Of a DNA stretch of 64,000 nucleotides, positions 1 through 13,419 are shown in pieces. The notes beneath the pieces were generated by a model. It searched no databases, had not been told where the DNA came from, and was given only the letters and a program-made list of their open reading frames with translations. The position numbers and the translations under genes were made by a program. Source of the stretch: Mytilus californianus. Its lineage: Eukaryota. Within the stretch, counting starts at the first letter, position 1, and every line of letters starts with the position of its first letter. The DNA is taken from assembly GCF_021869535.1 (NCBI RefSeq), contig NW_026262712.1, positions 79,174,001-79,238,000 on the forward strand, in the 5' to 3' direction.

Positions 1-1553
1 TCCTTGAGCTCTTGCAAAATGGAGGTTTTGTCTGTTCTTTCTGAGGGACTTAAACATAGTCTTTCTTATAGCTGCTCTGGAAATACATGGATGTGATGTA
101 GAGTTGTTAGGGAATTATAGTTTAGTTAAAATTTATGAATATGAATAGTTTTTGTCAAATGCAATGTGATACAACTTTCTTTCCTTTTGCTACAGTTTAA
201 CACAAATTTCGTTATCTGTTTTTGCAGTAAAAAAAATATTTCAAGTCATTTACTCAGATTGGTAAATAGTTTGAACAGTTTATCACTATCTTTTTGTGGT
301 GTATTGGATAACGCCATTTGAAGTTTATAAGGTATTTGAACAACCTGCTCTTCTTACCAGAATAGTAGGTCCTTGCAGATACGGATAAAGTAATTTATTC
401 TAACATGTCTAACACTTCATAATTTCTTAATCGATTGTTTAAAAGCATTATATGTGTTACAGATGACCACGGATATGTTCCATTTGTTTGATTCACATTT
501 CCGCTCTGCTTTCAATGTTATATAAAAAATAACCATACATTGTCTCGAAATATAAATCTAATTTGTACAAGGCTTAAAAACAGGTATAAAGCGAGGCCTT
601 GCCGAGCATTTCTACCTGTTTTGAGCCGAGTACAAATAATATTTGTGACTGTATATCACAAATGAATATACGCTCAGTGCAAATTTGACTGCACAAGTAG
701 AACAGCTGCAGTATATAACATGATCGATTACAACTTATAGTTGTACATTCAATGACCAACACGCCGAGTGTAACTTGCGGCGCAGGTACTGGTCACCCTT
801 CCGGAAGCACCTGAATCTACTAATGCTTTTTGGTACGGTTGGTGCTGTTCAATTTTCAGTTTCTGCGAAATATGTTTTGGTAATTGTTGGTTGTCTGTTT
901 TTTTTGTTTTTTTGTTTTTACTGAATCCATGGAGTTTACCTTTTTTTCTTCGACAGAGATTATGATTCATCCTTATCATGAAAGTGAATGTGGTCTCACC
1001 GATAACTGTGAAACTCAAACGTGTGTTCAATATGTGTTGAAAATAAGTTAGAAAGAATACAAGTGTTGGGACCATATCCTAGAACACTACAACTCCATTT
1101 CCTTAAAAATACTTCTTTATTTAAATTTTGCCTACTTGAAAAAAAAACCTGAAATGTCGGCAACCTGATAGATTTTACTGCTCATTTAGTAAAAATCATT
1201 GCAGCAAATATCTAAACCATGTACCCCAACACTTACCCCACTCAAAACGTTGCTTATGAAAACAGAAAATTGGAATACGTTGCACATGGTAACAGGAAAT
1301 AAATATGCTTGATAATAATAAGTCTTAGATAATCGATCTAAATCTTGATGTCGTAAGATTTAAAAAAAAAAATATGGAAACATAGACAGATGTGACTAGT
1401 TTAACAGTTTGTAACACTGTGCCACCTGTATTTGATAATTTGATAAAGTTTGTCTGGGTAAGTGCTTCAGACGTTCACTACATAAATGGTATTTATCAAT
1501 TCACAACATTTGTTTTGGTGAAGTGTTTAATTTTTACAATGCGAAATGTACTT

Positions 1554-1800
1554 ACGTTGGATATCTGCCAGAAGTTCTTGCTTCAACCAATTCTTGTATG
1601 TGAATTTGTTTTGGTCGGGTGCAAACTCGGTTAGGACTAGGCGTTGAAGCAGAATTAGGAACAGGAGTAGGAGTAGGAGGAGGATTAGTAGTTGAATCTG
1701 CATAAATAGAGGTAGGGGCAGAAGTCGGAGGAGGGACACCAGGAGTAACTGATTGCACGTAGATAACAAAAATCACTAAACGTAATGTGATGTGCAGCCT
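1554..1800 (-). CDS. Candidate host exon: hydrophobic signal-like segment followed by a Pro/Thr/Ser-rich stretch
   Basis: Open frame RLHITLRLVIFVIYVQSVTPGVPPPTSAPTS...CTRPKQ, bounded on the minus strand by ttttag| (acceptor) and |gtaagt (donor). No recognisable domain. Confidence 0.3.
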
Positions 1801-3747
1801 CTAAAATAGAAACAAAATGGAGCTGTAAATAATCATTATTCATTTTTTTATAACGTCATATAATTTTTTTTCCTTCTTTTGGCGAAGGTAACACAGTAGC
1901 TCTTAATCTTTACAAAGACTACCTCGAAACGTCAGTTATTCAATCCAAACTAGCATAGAACTAACTTAAATAACGACAAGTTTCTAAAACAGACTGTTAC
2001 TTCACTGTTAATTTATACTTGACATGAGTTATGCATTTTGAAATTAATTTTCGATGAAATGGTTATAAGTAACATTATGTTGTCTCCACTGACGGGATGA
2101 GTTTAAATTAGAATGAAAAGATTTATGTGTGTTCACTTAACTTCTCTTTGGAATGAAATCGTATATCTTTGGAAAGCACATATTATCATATTGATGAAAA
2201 GCAAGGTCAAAATTAATGTCTACTATGGCTACAATTTCTTGCCGAAATAGTTAAATATCTTAGTATACCATTATGTGATATAGTATATGCATGATTGTTA
2301 ATGAGTTAAATATTAAGTTCTTTTTATTTTACACATTCTTTAGAAAAATAAAGAAAGTATGTCGAATAGGCAGACATTTTGCTTTGTAACATACAACCTA
2401 CGGCCTATCAAAGAGTTGTTGCACAGAATATATAGAAGTTGCAGAGATCATGACAGTCCCATCTCATTCGTTTCAGTTTAACTGCCGAACGCGAGAAAAC
2501 CTAGGTGATCATATTGCTAATTATCTGTGTTTAATGAGTGTGTATTTTCTTTTTAAATTCCTCATGACGTTCTGTTCAATTGTTAACGGAGCAATTTGAT
2601 AACCCATATGAGAGTTATTTTCCTGGGTTGAGTTGCTTTGGTGACTTCTTCTACAGTTTTCCCCTTTAAAAAGTTGAAATCCTCTTTAACAGTATATTGT
2701 ATCGACCTAAGTTCTAATATTTTGAGATCCACGACCTATGATCTTGAATTTGAGGTCAAGGTCAATGGTATATTTTATATTCTAGATTTTGACCTTTAAT
2801 AATTTCATACTGATATACGATAAAACCATGGAAAGTCACTTTTTCTAACCAGAAGTAGCTTTTTAAACTAGCTTCAGGTATAAGTACCTAGAAACCATAT
2901 ATTTTTGTTTCAGTGTAACGTAACCAATAATTTTTCCATCGGAAGTGATATTTTGTAAACCGGAAGCAGCAAATCAGCTTCCTTTTTCTCAAGTCAAGGT
3001 ATGTAGAATACTTATGCTGCTTTCCTTTGGCTCTTATACACACTTTCAGAGATCATTAAACTTCATGCAATATCTTTTCAATTGTTTAAGGTTTTGTGTC
3101 TTTGGGTTGTGTGTATTTCCTTACTCACAATCCCTCCAACCCGTGGAAAAATAAATTGTTAAGGATGTTTGATGCCTGGCTTTATTGAGAAGTTGGAACT
3201 GGCATGTGGACAAGAATTAAGTTTATTTTATATTTTATATCATAGGCACGAGATTGTGTTTGGTTTCATGTTTTTTTTTCATGTAAACCTGACCTACACC
3301 TATCGTGTTCTTACTTGATCCCCTCCTGTAATGGCCTGGGATTCACATGGTACATGTAGAGGGTGCAAATGCATTTTTATTAGTTCAGACTTTTTTCAAA
3401 TGTTTGTATATACAATTTATCTCGAACAGATGTCCATTTCTGAAAATGATACATATTTCATGTTTCTTTTTCATTTGGAGGGTCATGTTAAGGTCATGTA
3501 CAACATTGATTAGACTGAAAAATTAATTAACAACGTGCTCCTATGGATAAATAATCTGTTGAAAGTAATATTTTTGAAAAAAGCAAATGATTCATGTTTT
3601 AAGCAATATAAACCATTTAACCAAACCAAAGACCAGAGATGTTAATGTTTAAGTACAATTACACAGAAGACATTTTTAGTCAAACAGATGCTGCAGTTTT
3701 GTTATGACTTTCATGTTTGTTTATAAATTTTTTTAAGATTTTGTCTA

Positions 3748-3936
3748 AAAAGTAAAATCACAAAAATACTGAACTCCGAGGAAAAATTCAAAAAGGAAAG
3801 TCCCCAATCAAATAGCAAAATAAAGAAAAACCAAACACATCAAACGAATGGATAACAACTGTCATATTCCTGACTTGGTACAGGCATTTTCTTATGTAGA
3901 AAATGGTGGATTGAACCTGGTTTTATAACTAGCTAA
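3748..3936 (+). mobile_element. Short interspersed non-autonomous repeat (aaaagtaaaatcacaaaaatactgaactccgagg family)
   Basis: A second copy lies in reverse orientation at ~37370-37555. Resembles a common mussel repeat (recognised, not searched). Confidence 0.7.
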
Positions 3937-6573
3937 ATTAAATTAATTGGAAAATAAATCCCAAGATGTCCTAAATTGGGCGACAATTACTCCTAAAATG
4001 ATAACCACCTTTGTCATTATGTTTGAGACATACAATGATACAACTGGTCAAAAAAGATGTGCATAGGTCATTATAACGTTATATCCTTTTAATTCAAGGA
4101 GCTGCTACCTTCTTAATTAATATTTATCATATTTTAAATGTTAAATCTAAATTATTGTTGTCTGACAGACTAAGAATTCCAAGCTGAACATTCTATGGTC
4201 TTAAGAAAGAAGATGCACAGATTTCCGCGGCTTATTACAATGTTAAAAAAAATGATGTATTAATTTCTTTAAAGTGTGTGATACCATGAAATATAAAGCA
4301 ACATTGTAGATTAAAATACTTATGCTGCATTGTAGCTTTTTCCATATTGATATCAATAAACCTTTTTAAATACTACTGAGACAAGTATATCAGTAAATCT
4401 TTAAAAAATTGACTATAAAACTGATACCATTTTAAAAATTAAATACAACTTCAAAATTATGAGTAAAATGATTTTATGTGATTTAAATTTTCCTTTTGGC
4501 AATCGTTTCGCTGTGTTATGTAGAACAGAGCCCTAGTCAAATAGAAGTTTTTCAAAATCTATTAAAAATTGGTTGCGAATAATATTCTTCATCTCAGGCC
4601 CTAGCATTGATACACGTCTAATTTTTATTTTTCATAATGTCAATACATCAGCGCATAACTTCCTGTGGACTGTTTTGCCAATCTGGGTTTTTGCTGTATG
4701 TTCTACCGCCGTATTCGTCCAAGAAATGTTTAATAGGGTTAATATCTGGTTAAATGACCGTCAATTTTATTGATACTGTTTTCTTTAATAAAATCTTTTA
4801 TTAATAATCCACTTTGCACGACGAGGTCTTGCGTTATCATCATGCCCCTCATGTACGATGAGGTCTTGCGTTATCATCATGTAATGTTGGTTGTTAACCA
4901 TTAGACCTAGCTTTCTCACGAACAGAATTAAAACGTATGCAAATTCCTGGAATAGTGCTTAGGGCAAATGTAAACGTACCTTCAGCATGTTTTCTTGACA
5001 GTCCGGCCTGAAGCATGCCATACTGTTTGTTCATTATTGCTACATGTAAGTGAACTTCTTCCACCCATAGCAATAAAACACCACAAATATCATGTAAGGT
5101 GAAAAAAAATGAAATGATTAAACGCATCGCACAGGTTAATTAGGCATTGTGAAGATTACAAACCCTAAAGATAAATTTGTAATTGTTTTAAGTCGATTTT
5201 TGTGGGACTTTTTATCTAGACATTTACTATGGATTAGGACCAAAAATTACGTCACCTCCTGCCGACTCTCCTGAAATATTGAGGTTTGAAGAACTGTTGA
5301 CATCAATAGCAGAATAAGTATTTTTCATGAATCTAACCAAATGTTGTCCCCTTTTCATATGTAATTTTAGAAACTTGTAGCATGCTGTTGAATAGCAGGT
5401 GTTGCTAATCTCTTTTTAAGTAGTATAATTTATTAGTATATAGTTTGAAGTTTGCACATTATTAAAAGCATTTTGAAATCCTGTTATTATTTACAGCCTA
5501 GTCATTTGGTGTTTGAAGAATAGTTGTCTAATTTGCAATAATGACAATAATTTAGACAGCACTGTAGCTCAATTTTCATTTTGTAAAAAGACTTGGATGT
5601 TACTATGCACTTTGATATCCATGGGTATTTTTATAGCTTATCACTATAAAGTATAGGGTTTGCTCATTATGAAAGATATTATGGGGACTTGTAGTGTTTT
5701 ATAGCCTTTTCCTTTAGTTTTTGAATAAGGGTTGTCTCATTTGTAGTTATTAAAATTTTATAAAATCTAACTAGCAATAGTTACAGTACTAGTCGATGAG
5801 AAATGGTATGAGATTGTATATATGTACCTTGTAAACTATGGAAAAGTGAAATGAGAGCTTACTTTAAATGCCATTAGAAGAATAATATCCATATGTAGTA
5901 GTGTAAGTACATGAAGACTAAAACATTTAATCAGTACTCGTATAACAAACATTCAACATGAATAAAAACATTTAATAAGGAATAAGTGGCAAAATAATGC
6001 TGTAGAGAGCAATCTGCCATCTTGACAAAATGTATACATTATCATTATATTTTATTATGAAATAAAAATAATTTGCCTACCTTCTGAAAGTTCTTCATAT
6101 ATCGCCTGTGCAGATGCTGTTAAAACCACAATGACCATTTAAGACCTAAATAATTATACTAGTAAAGACAGGAGATGTATGAAAACTTTATAGATATGGC
6201 AATAGCACATATCGGGTATTGCTGTTGTGAAAAGTACAATATTCTAAACAGTAGCTTTTTCTTCTGTAAATATTACATTTCTTTGTTCGAAAAAAAAACC
6301 CATTGATGGGTAAGTTTTAGTTTAAAAAAAATTATTTTAAAGTACAAGTTGGAAAAGTAAAAGGGTTTAAAATATCGATAACAAATTGAATGTGCACCTC
6401 TTCAATTACACCTTTACAAATTTGTATATGTTCCTGTATCAAATTTCAAACAAAAAAATCAATGGGACAAAATTAGAATTTTTGCTATTTACGAATATGC
6501 TTCTTGATAGATTTAAATGTAAAACGTTCTGTTAATGTCATGGAATACATTTTGTTTACTTTTATCATTGTAC

Positions 6574-6915
6574 ATAAATTTGAGAATGGAAATGGGGAAT
6601 GTGTCAAAGAGACAACAACCCGACCAAAGAGCAGAAAACAGCCAAAAGCCACCAATGGGTATTCAACACTGCGAGAAAATCCCGCACTCGGAGGCGTGCT
6701 GCAGCTGGCCCCTAAACAAAAATGTGTACTAGTTCAGTTATAAGGGACGTCATACTAAACTCCAAAACATATAAATGATCTAAAATAGAAAATCATACAA
6801 GATTAACAAAAGCCAGAGGCTGCTGACTTGGGACAGGCGCAAAAATGCGGTTAAACATGTTCTGTGAGATCCCAACCCTCCCCCTGTACCTCTAGCCAAT
6901 GTTGAAAAAACAAAC
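6574..6915 (+). mobile_element. Interspersed repeat family A (aaattgagaatggaaatggggaatgtgtcaaagagacaacaacccgacc)
   Basis: Similar copies at ~32455-32606, ~37570-38495 and ~46955-47625. Confidence 0.8.
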
Positions 6916-8398
6916 ACACATGTATAGTTATAAGGTATTAACATATGTTATATGATGGCTTTGATTTGACATTTTTATTCATATTTTGTGAACAATAGTT
7001 TAGTCAATAATTTAGTTTTTTTTCTGGGTTCATCGAAACAAATTTCACTCTGTTTTCGAAATGTGTTTATTCGTAATTTGTGCAAGTCTTTATTTATCAA
7101 TAAATGTATTTCATTGCAAATTCAGCTTGCTTTGCTTAACTTAACTATTTGTGTTCATGCTTTTTAACGTCATCATACTAACTCCAGCTTTACATTCCAA
7201 TACAAAAACTTTTAACTGTCCTTTCATATAATAAAAAACTGTTTGGAATGACAGAACACACCGTTCCTTCATTGTCGCAGTAATGATACTCACCGATACA
7301 ATCAAATATTCACATCTTAATATCCAAAATAAAATGTGTGAATTGTTCCAGGTTTAATGAAAGAAAACTCTGCATTTACGCTAACAAATACACATTCCAT
7401 TGTAACCTTTTTAGTTTAATCTTCATCGGAGTTCGACATTATAAAACATTTTTGTCAATTTTTGAAAGAGAAAACTTTAATCTGCAATTATGATCTGTAA
7501 AACCAGATCTACATTTTTAACATTGCCAAAATTGTTTTCATTAGTTATTGCCCTTTATTGTCCATTTTTAATAGCAAAACTATGAGTAGAAATAACGAAC
7601 AACAAAATAAGGGTTATAAATGGATAAATATGTAGTGCAGACTTAATTTAACTCGACTGCAAACGTTACAACCACTAACAACATGAGTTTTTGACGTTTT
7701 GTTAGATGAATCTTGTTTTTTTTTGTTTCTGAAATATCGCTTTTGTTTCCCAATATATCGGTCAATTTAAACCGAATACTTTGCCATGTGGAATTTTCCT
7801 TGATGTTGCATCTCTCAGAAACTTAACAAATTTTGCACTATAATGCTCCTTACTAACTCAGGAGGATCTGTTCTCTGTTCAATTTAGAACGAAGTCGTCC
7901 GGTAACATGTAATATAGTTATTTCCCTTTTGTGTTCGACATAAATGGTATGTCAGTGTAAATTATAAACCCTTATTTATAGAGACCTAGAGTCTATTAAT
8001 ACGAGGTCCTTGGTCCATACAGAGGAAGTATATAGTTCAAGGTCAAAGATCAAGGACATGTTTCAAAATCTGTACTTTGCTTGATACCGCAACTCATTGG
8101 AAACCGAAAAAGTTTTCGGCATTAGGCTATTTCAATTACAAGTTAAAATTTGATGCATCACCAATGCATTGGGTCGAAGTGCTCTGAAGAATTTTGTTTT
8201 GTTGACATGAATTATCATTTTTATGTTCATTTGTCTATTAATTAACAATTCATAAAAGTTGAATTTTTGAAACAGTAATGTTTTTCTATTCCAGATTTAC
8301 ATTCCCAAAACCTTATTGTCATATGTTTTTGTAATTTTTGGAGTTTAATGCTATTAAAATTTATATTTAATTTTGCCTTTTAACTGTTTTCATTCGAG

Positions 8399-8440
8399 CG
8401 TCACTGATGACTCCGGTGTAGACAAAACGCGCGTCTGATG
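8399..8440 (+). ncRNA. Degenerate minimal type I hammerhead ribozyme in a retrozyme/Penelope-LTR-like repeat
   Basis: cgtca-CTGATGA-...gtagac-AAAA(for GAAA)-cgcgcGTC-tgatg. Stem I pairs, but the core GAAA and stem II are mutated. Confidence 0.45.
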
Positions 8441-10101
8441 TACAGAATAAAAATGCATGGTATTTCTCTTGGAGTTTTTTAACAGCTACTTCGGTCGATG
8501 CTACTACTAGTGAACGTTTCGTCCCCGAGGGTATCACAAGCCCAGCAGTCATTACTTTTTTTATTAACATGAAATATAATTGATATGTTCATTTGTTTCT
8601 AAATGTATTGTTTATAAAATGTAGAATTATTTGAAACACTAAGGTATCTGATCGTCTATTGTCAACTATTTTTGGATTTGCGATTCTAAATGCTTTTCAA
8701 TTTCGTATTTGATTTGGCCTTACAATTGCTTATATTCGAGCGGCACTGATGAGTCTTTAATCCTGGTATCTTGACTGATTTATTATAACGAACCTGATGA
8801 CTTTCATATGAGTCGTTTGATACTTAAATTTATAAACTATTGGTTATTTATAGATCCGTTTATGTTAAAGACAAGGGTATCATCAGCTTAGTAGTCAGTG
8901 CTTCGGTACTGACATGTTTGTTGACAAACTGAATTTAGGGATTAGTAAGAAACTAAGGTTCCATCAGGCAAAGTTGACCTTAGATGGCTTTGGCTATTAT
9001 TGTGTGTTCCTTTTTGATCATAAAACCCTTCAGCTCTTTCGGTAATAAAACTTTCTTGTCTTTCAATACGTTTACTTTAAATGTTTCTTGTGAAGGTAAA
9101 TCCAAAAAACAAAAACAAAAAAAAGCTTTGGACGATTAAACCTACAGTTTTTTTTTTATTTGTGATTGATCTTAAGAGATATATGATCTATGATCTTTAT
9201 AAAGGTCATTTGGAAGTGACGTAATCCGGCAGTAATCTGATGCAGAGAAAAAAACATAAACATAAGCAAATAAAATATACTGCAATTGAGAATATTGTAG
9301 GTTTCCCTACGGCAACAGACAACAAGGGGAGGTGCTAAGGATCTGTGTTATTTACACAGTCCTCCTCGTGACTGAAGCAGACAAGAAAGCCACATAATTA
9401 ACAATTTTTAGAAATAAATGTACCAGCAGCAGTGAGAATTGACTTATCTGCTGTGTTAATAAGCCATATCAGTTTATCTTTTGAGTTAAGAGTTAAAAAA
9501 TTGGAACAACTTTTAGTTATTGTTGAAATAGATGAATGCGGTCATCATTAAATTTAACACATTGGAATAGAAAATGATATATTCATCCTCCATATCTCCG
9601 GAGTTCCAACGAGTACAAATTCTGTCATTTAGGAGAGTACCCTAATATATAACTCTAGGAAAGTTGGACCAGATATTCCTTCTCACGAGTACACGTCGAT
9701 CTAAAGTACGTTTCACCTTGCTGAGTATCACATTATGGTAAAATCTGATAATATAAGGAGACTGAATATCATTTTGAAATTTTGATTTAAACATTCTTAC
9801 GCAACTTATTTTTGTGACATGTTTCCAACAACTATGGCTTGTTCTTTACTCATGTGGAAATTTTGGGACAAAGCTTAAGAGTTTGATAGGTACAAAATTA
9901 CTTTTTTTGCCAGCGATTTCATGTTAACTATTTTCTACACTATATCAATAGATATATAACTAGCCGAAATCGTTCTTCATTTTAAAAGTTAATAAAAAAG
10001 ACCTATAATAGGTTTAATATTTGAGGTTAGCAAAACGGACAGGCAATATATCAACATTCCGAGATAAAAAAAAAGGTTTGCATACCATCATCTTAATAAT
10101 T

Positions 10102-10735
10102 GGCGTATGACATTTGCGCCGATTAAAAAAAATATCTTTCAATTGCGCCGATTTTATTCTTTCATTAGCGCCTATTTTATTATTTGTTTTATCACCAGCA
10201 CGGATTCTACATTTGCTCCTATTTACATTTGCATTTTAACACGGGTGAGTTAATATATATGTACACGTACTATACCTAGACGTAATATTGGTAATATCTG
10301 GATATAAACGGTGTTCAGTCACTTTTTTAAAAGTTACTTTTGGTCCATATACTTCGTTGTGACACGATGGATATATTGCACACTGAAACGAGCCGAGGAG
10401 TCAATTCTTTGATCATCGATTGCCGTATATATCGGCAGGTCATAGTCCTGAAATATAATAGCATAGCTTACCGATGTACCATCAAGTCGTGTAAAGCCAG
10501 AGCCACCACGGATTCTGATGGTATGACGGTTATGAGCAACGAAAAAGTCTGTTACAGTAGATTAATCATTCCGTCTAATGTATTATGTTTTCTGATTTAT
10601 TATTTTTATGTTCTGTAAAAAGCTCTTGATAAATAGAAAATAACAGTTACCTGTAATTTACTTGTACACAGTTGGCGCAAATGAAAGACAAAGTCGGCGC
10701 AAGTGAAATGCAGATCGGCGCAAATGCAAAACGCC
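10102..10735 (+). mobile_element. Mutator-like (MULE) non-autonomous element with a FLYWCH-like fragment
   Basis: Inverted ends ggcgtatgacatttgcgccga / tcggcgcaaatgcaaaacgcc. Internal ORF 10340-10618 reads TSRGVNSLIIDCRIYRQ...YRCTIKSCKARATTD, a FLYWCH-type pattern. No clean TSD. Confidence 0.55.
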
Positions 10736-12735
10736 GCTAAATAATATTTATTATCGATCATATCATTTGCCTTCTGGGTATTTCGTGAGTCAATAAAACG
10801 GTTTATTTTGGCTATTCCTACATTTTGAATTTTATAGGTCAAATATTAAGAAATTCATGTAGGAGTTCCGAGAATTATTTTGTAAACAAAGAGATGAAGT
10901 TGGGTTACGTCGGATTATGTTGTAACAACACTTGATTAATTATTCAAGGTAAATACAGGTAAAAATTGTGGAAAAGAAAGAGAATGGATTTTTTTTTTAT
11001 ATTACAATATTTTATCAAATAATTAATTGTATATCACGTTTTGTAAAAAGTACGTAGTATTTGAACAGTATATATCAAATTGAACACATAGTAGGACAAA
11101 ATTTTTATTATGACACAGTATATATATTTCAGTAGCACTAAATTGATAAACATATAGAGAATTCACAAATTCTTAGTCAATGTGCAAGAGGTGAAAAGCA
11201 GCATTAGCTTATTGAATTTGCGTGAGGTGTTCATTTTGAAGTCTTGTTTTCAATGCTAGAAGGATGGGTTGTATGGTAATTGTTTCAACCCATTCATTTT
11301 TTTATTTATTATTTAACCATTAAAATTACATATATTTAAATCGATTTACCCTAAAAAATCAAATTGTAGTCAATATAATTCACCATGATTTTTATATAAA
11401 TTATTATTTATCCTTTACTTTCTACAGGTAAATTTACCTGTTATTTAATTAGACATCTATTGTTCTTTTCATATAGGAATTGGCAGAAAATGAAAATTCA
11501 AAATGTGGGAATAGCCAGAAGACACCCAATAAAACTTGAAATACTTAAAAAAATGAAAAGTATTTCAACAATCGCAAAAAAAAAAACGTGTCAGAGGATG
11601 CCATCAGTATGCGCATACTAGATAGGATTAGAATTTATATAGTTGTAAGCTTCAAAGTTGTCTTCGTGTGCGCTATTAATGGAACCTTGTGTCAATTTAT
11701 AAAAAAAGTTATTTACTCTTATGAATAGTGTTTTTTTTTACAAGTGATAAGTTTTGCCATCCTCAGAGGTTGACAAATATATAAATAAAAAAAAACCTGA
11801 AATCATTATTTTTTACTGTTTCAAAATACTTATGTTTTTTTTGTAAACTGATGAATGTCTTTGTTTGAAATTTGATTAATTGATTGATCTATTGTTTGTT
11901 GCTAAATGTTTAGTGAAAAATAGTACATGCATGTTTAGGACGAGAAAAAATGGGTCGGGTAAGTTTAAATTGCCATTGCAAAACGAGGGTATATTGGAAA
12001 AGAAATGTATCCTTGCAAATGGCCAACTATGTATACGGACCCCTCATAGAATTGTTGCAGCCGTTTTACAATCTCTCTACATGAGGCATTGCCAAACGAA
12101 CGCCCCACTTTGGAAAAGGTTTTACTGCGGATCGGAAGAAGACCTGTAATGACTATATTTCTATTATTTCTCAGTTACCCTTGGTGGAGTTAGGGGGGGG
12201 AGGGGGTTAAAACTTGAATACCCAATAAAAACATTGAACAAACATATGATCCGACAAAAGAAATTTAGTAATCTTATAATTTTATCAATTGTTTCAAATC
12301 ATCCAAATCCTGCATGCAGAAATATTTGTTTGAGCATTGCGAAAGTCGTCGGTGCACTCAAATAGTACTATGTGTGATGTACATTTCATCATGCTTTCAA
12401 CAATAACAATCATATTGTATCGTAGTAGATATGTTACACTTGCGGAGAGTTTAAAACGTCTTTCATATATTTTATGGAAACCTTTTTTATATTGGTATAT
12501 TTTATGCGTTTCTGTCTATTATCATGATTACATGCCATCCCAGTAATAACATCGTTAAGTTTAAAGTACGTTTTCTAAGCATACAATTACCGCTCCTATT
12601 ACGTTCGTTCGTCGAGATACATTCGTTCGTCAATATCCTGGTCATCTCTATTTAAATTTTATGGCTTACCTTTTATTTTGGTCTTTTGGTTAATTAGCTC
12701 CAATGTTTGTTTATATTCAATTGTTGGCTTCGAGG

Positions 12736-12775
12736 ATCACTGAAGAGACATGTTTTGTCGAAATGTGCATCCACA
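12736..12775 (+). ncRNA. Hammerhead ribozyme-like motif with a broken stem I
   Basis: atca-CTGAAGA-gaca/tgtc stem II-GAAA-t gtgc ATC. The 3' strand of stem I (cac) does not pair. Confidence 0.45.
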
Positions 12776-13035
12776 GTCATACAATTGGTACGGTTAATGG
12801 TATTACGTCCTAATAGAGGTTTCTCAACATCTTACGAACGAACGAAAATTGACCTAACTTGACGTAACTTGCCGTAACAAGAAAAGAGGGAGCATTCATT
12901 TATTCCATTATTTTGGACTATCGGCTGTGATCTTCTTCCCTTTGAAATGTCTTTTACATAAAAACAAATATATACATTCTGGATTTTGTAAGACCATTTT
13001 GAGTCGTAGACAAATTACATTGACTTGATATATAT

Positions 13036-13103
13036 ACAAAAGAGGGGCGAGAGATACCAGAGGGACAATCAAACTCATAGATTGAAAACAAACCGACAAC
13101 GCC
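13036..13103 (-). mobile_element. Left part of a Penelope-like 3'-end repeat interrupted by the Polinton-like element
   Basis: Matches the uninterrupted copy at ~51775-51840 (…ctcataaatcgaaaataaactgacaacgcc). Confidence 0.85.
13098..13103 (+). other. Target-site duplication AACGCC (left copy)
   Basis: Identical hexamer at 28334-28339. The uninterrupted paralogous site gacAACGCCatggct is at 51832-51846. Confidence 0.95.
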
Positions 13104-13419
13104 ACACAATATCACACACCTATACCCCCCTCCAAAAAAAAAAAATTTGACCCCCAAAAAATTACCCTCATTTCAAGTAAAAGAGCCCTAAATTTTCATA
13201 AAAAAAAAAGCAAAAAAAAACGCAAAAACACCAAAATTTTCTTACTCCCAAAAAAATTTTTTTTTTACTTTGGAAAAAAACGTTATTAAAAACACCCAAA
13301 AAACAACAAAAAAATTCCAAAAAAAAAAATAAATAAAAAAACCGGGAGAACAGGCGAAGAAAGAATTCTGTGGGATTTAAGAGAAAAAAAAAAAAAATCA
13401 ATTTTTACTTTAAAAAATG
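13104..13419 (+). repeat. Left terminal inverted repeat (316 bp)
   Basis: Starts ACACAATATCACACACCTATACCCCCC. Reverse complement of 28021-28333 apart from about five differences (substitutions and homopolymer lengths). Ends at the ATG at 13417. Confidence 0.97.

Noticed and set aside
4816-4880. Two-copy tandem duplications (also 31250-31320 and 36594-36890)
   Set aside because: Ordinary local slippage duplications with no further structure.
13098-13104. 7-bp TSD (AACGCCA)
   Set aside because: It would make the two TIR ends asymmetric by one base; the 6-bp TSD gives perfectly symmetric ends.
13168-13401. Phe- or Lys-rich ORFs in the TIRs (also 28148-28387, and codons 1-15 of the track ATPase ORF)
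   Set aside because: They are translations of homopolymer tracts.
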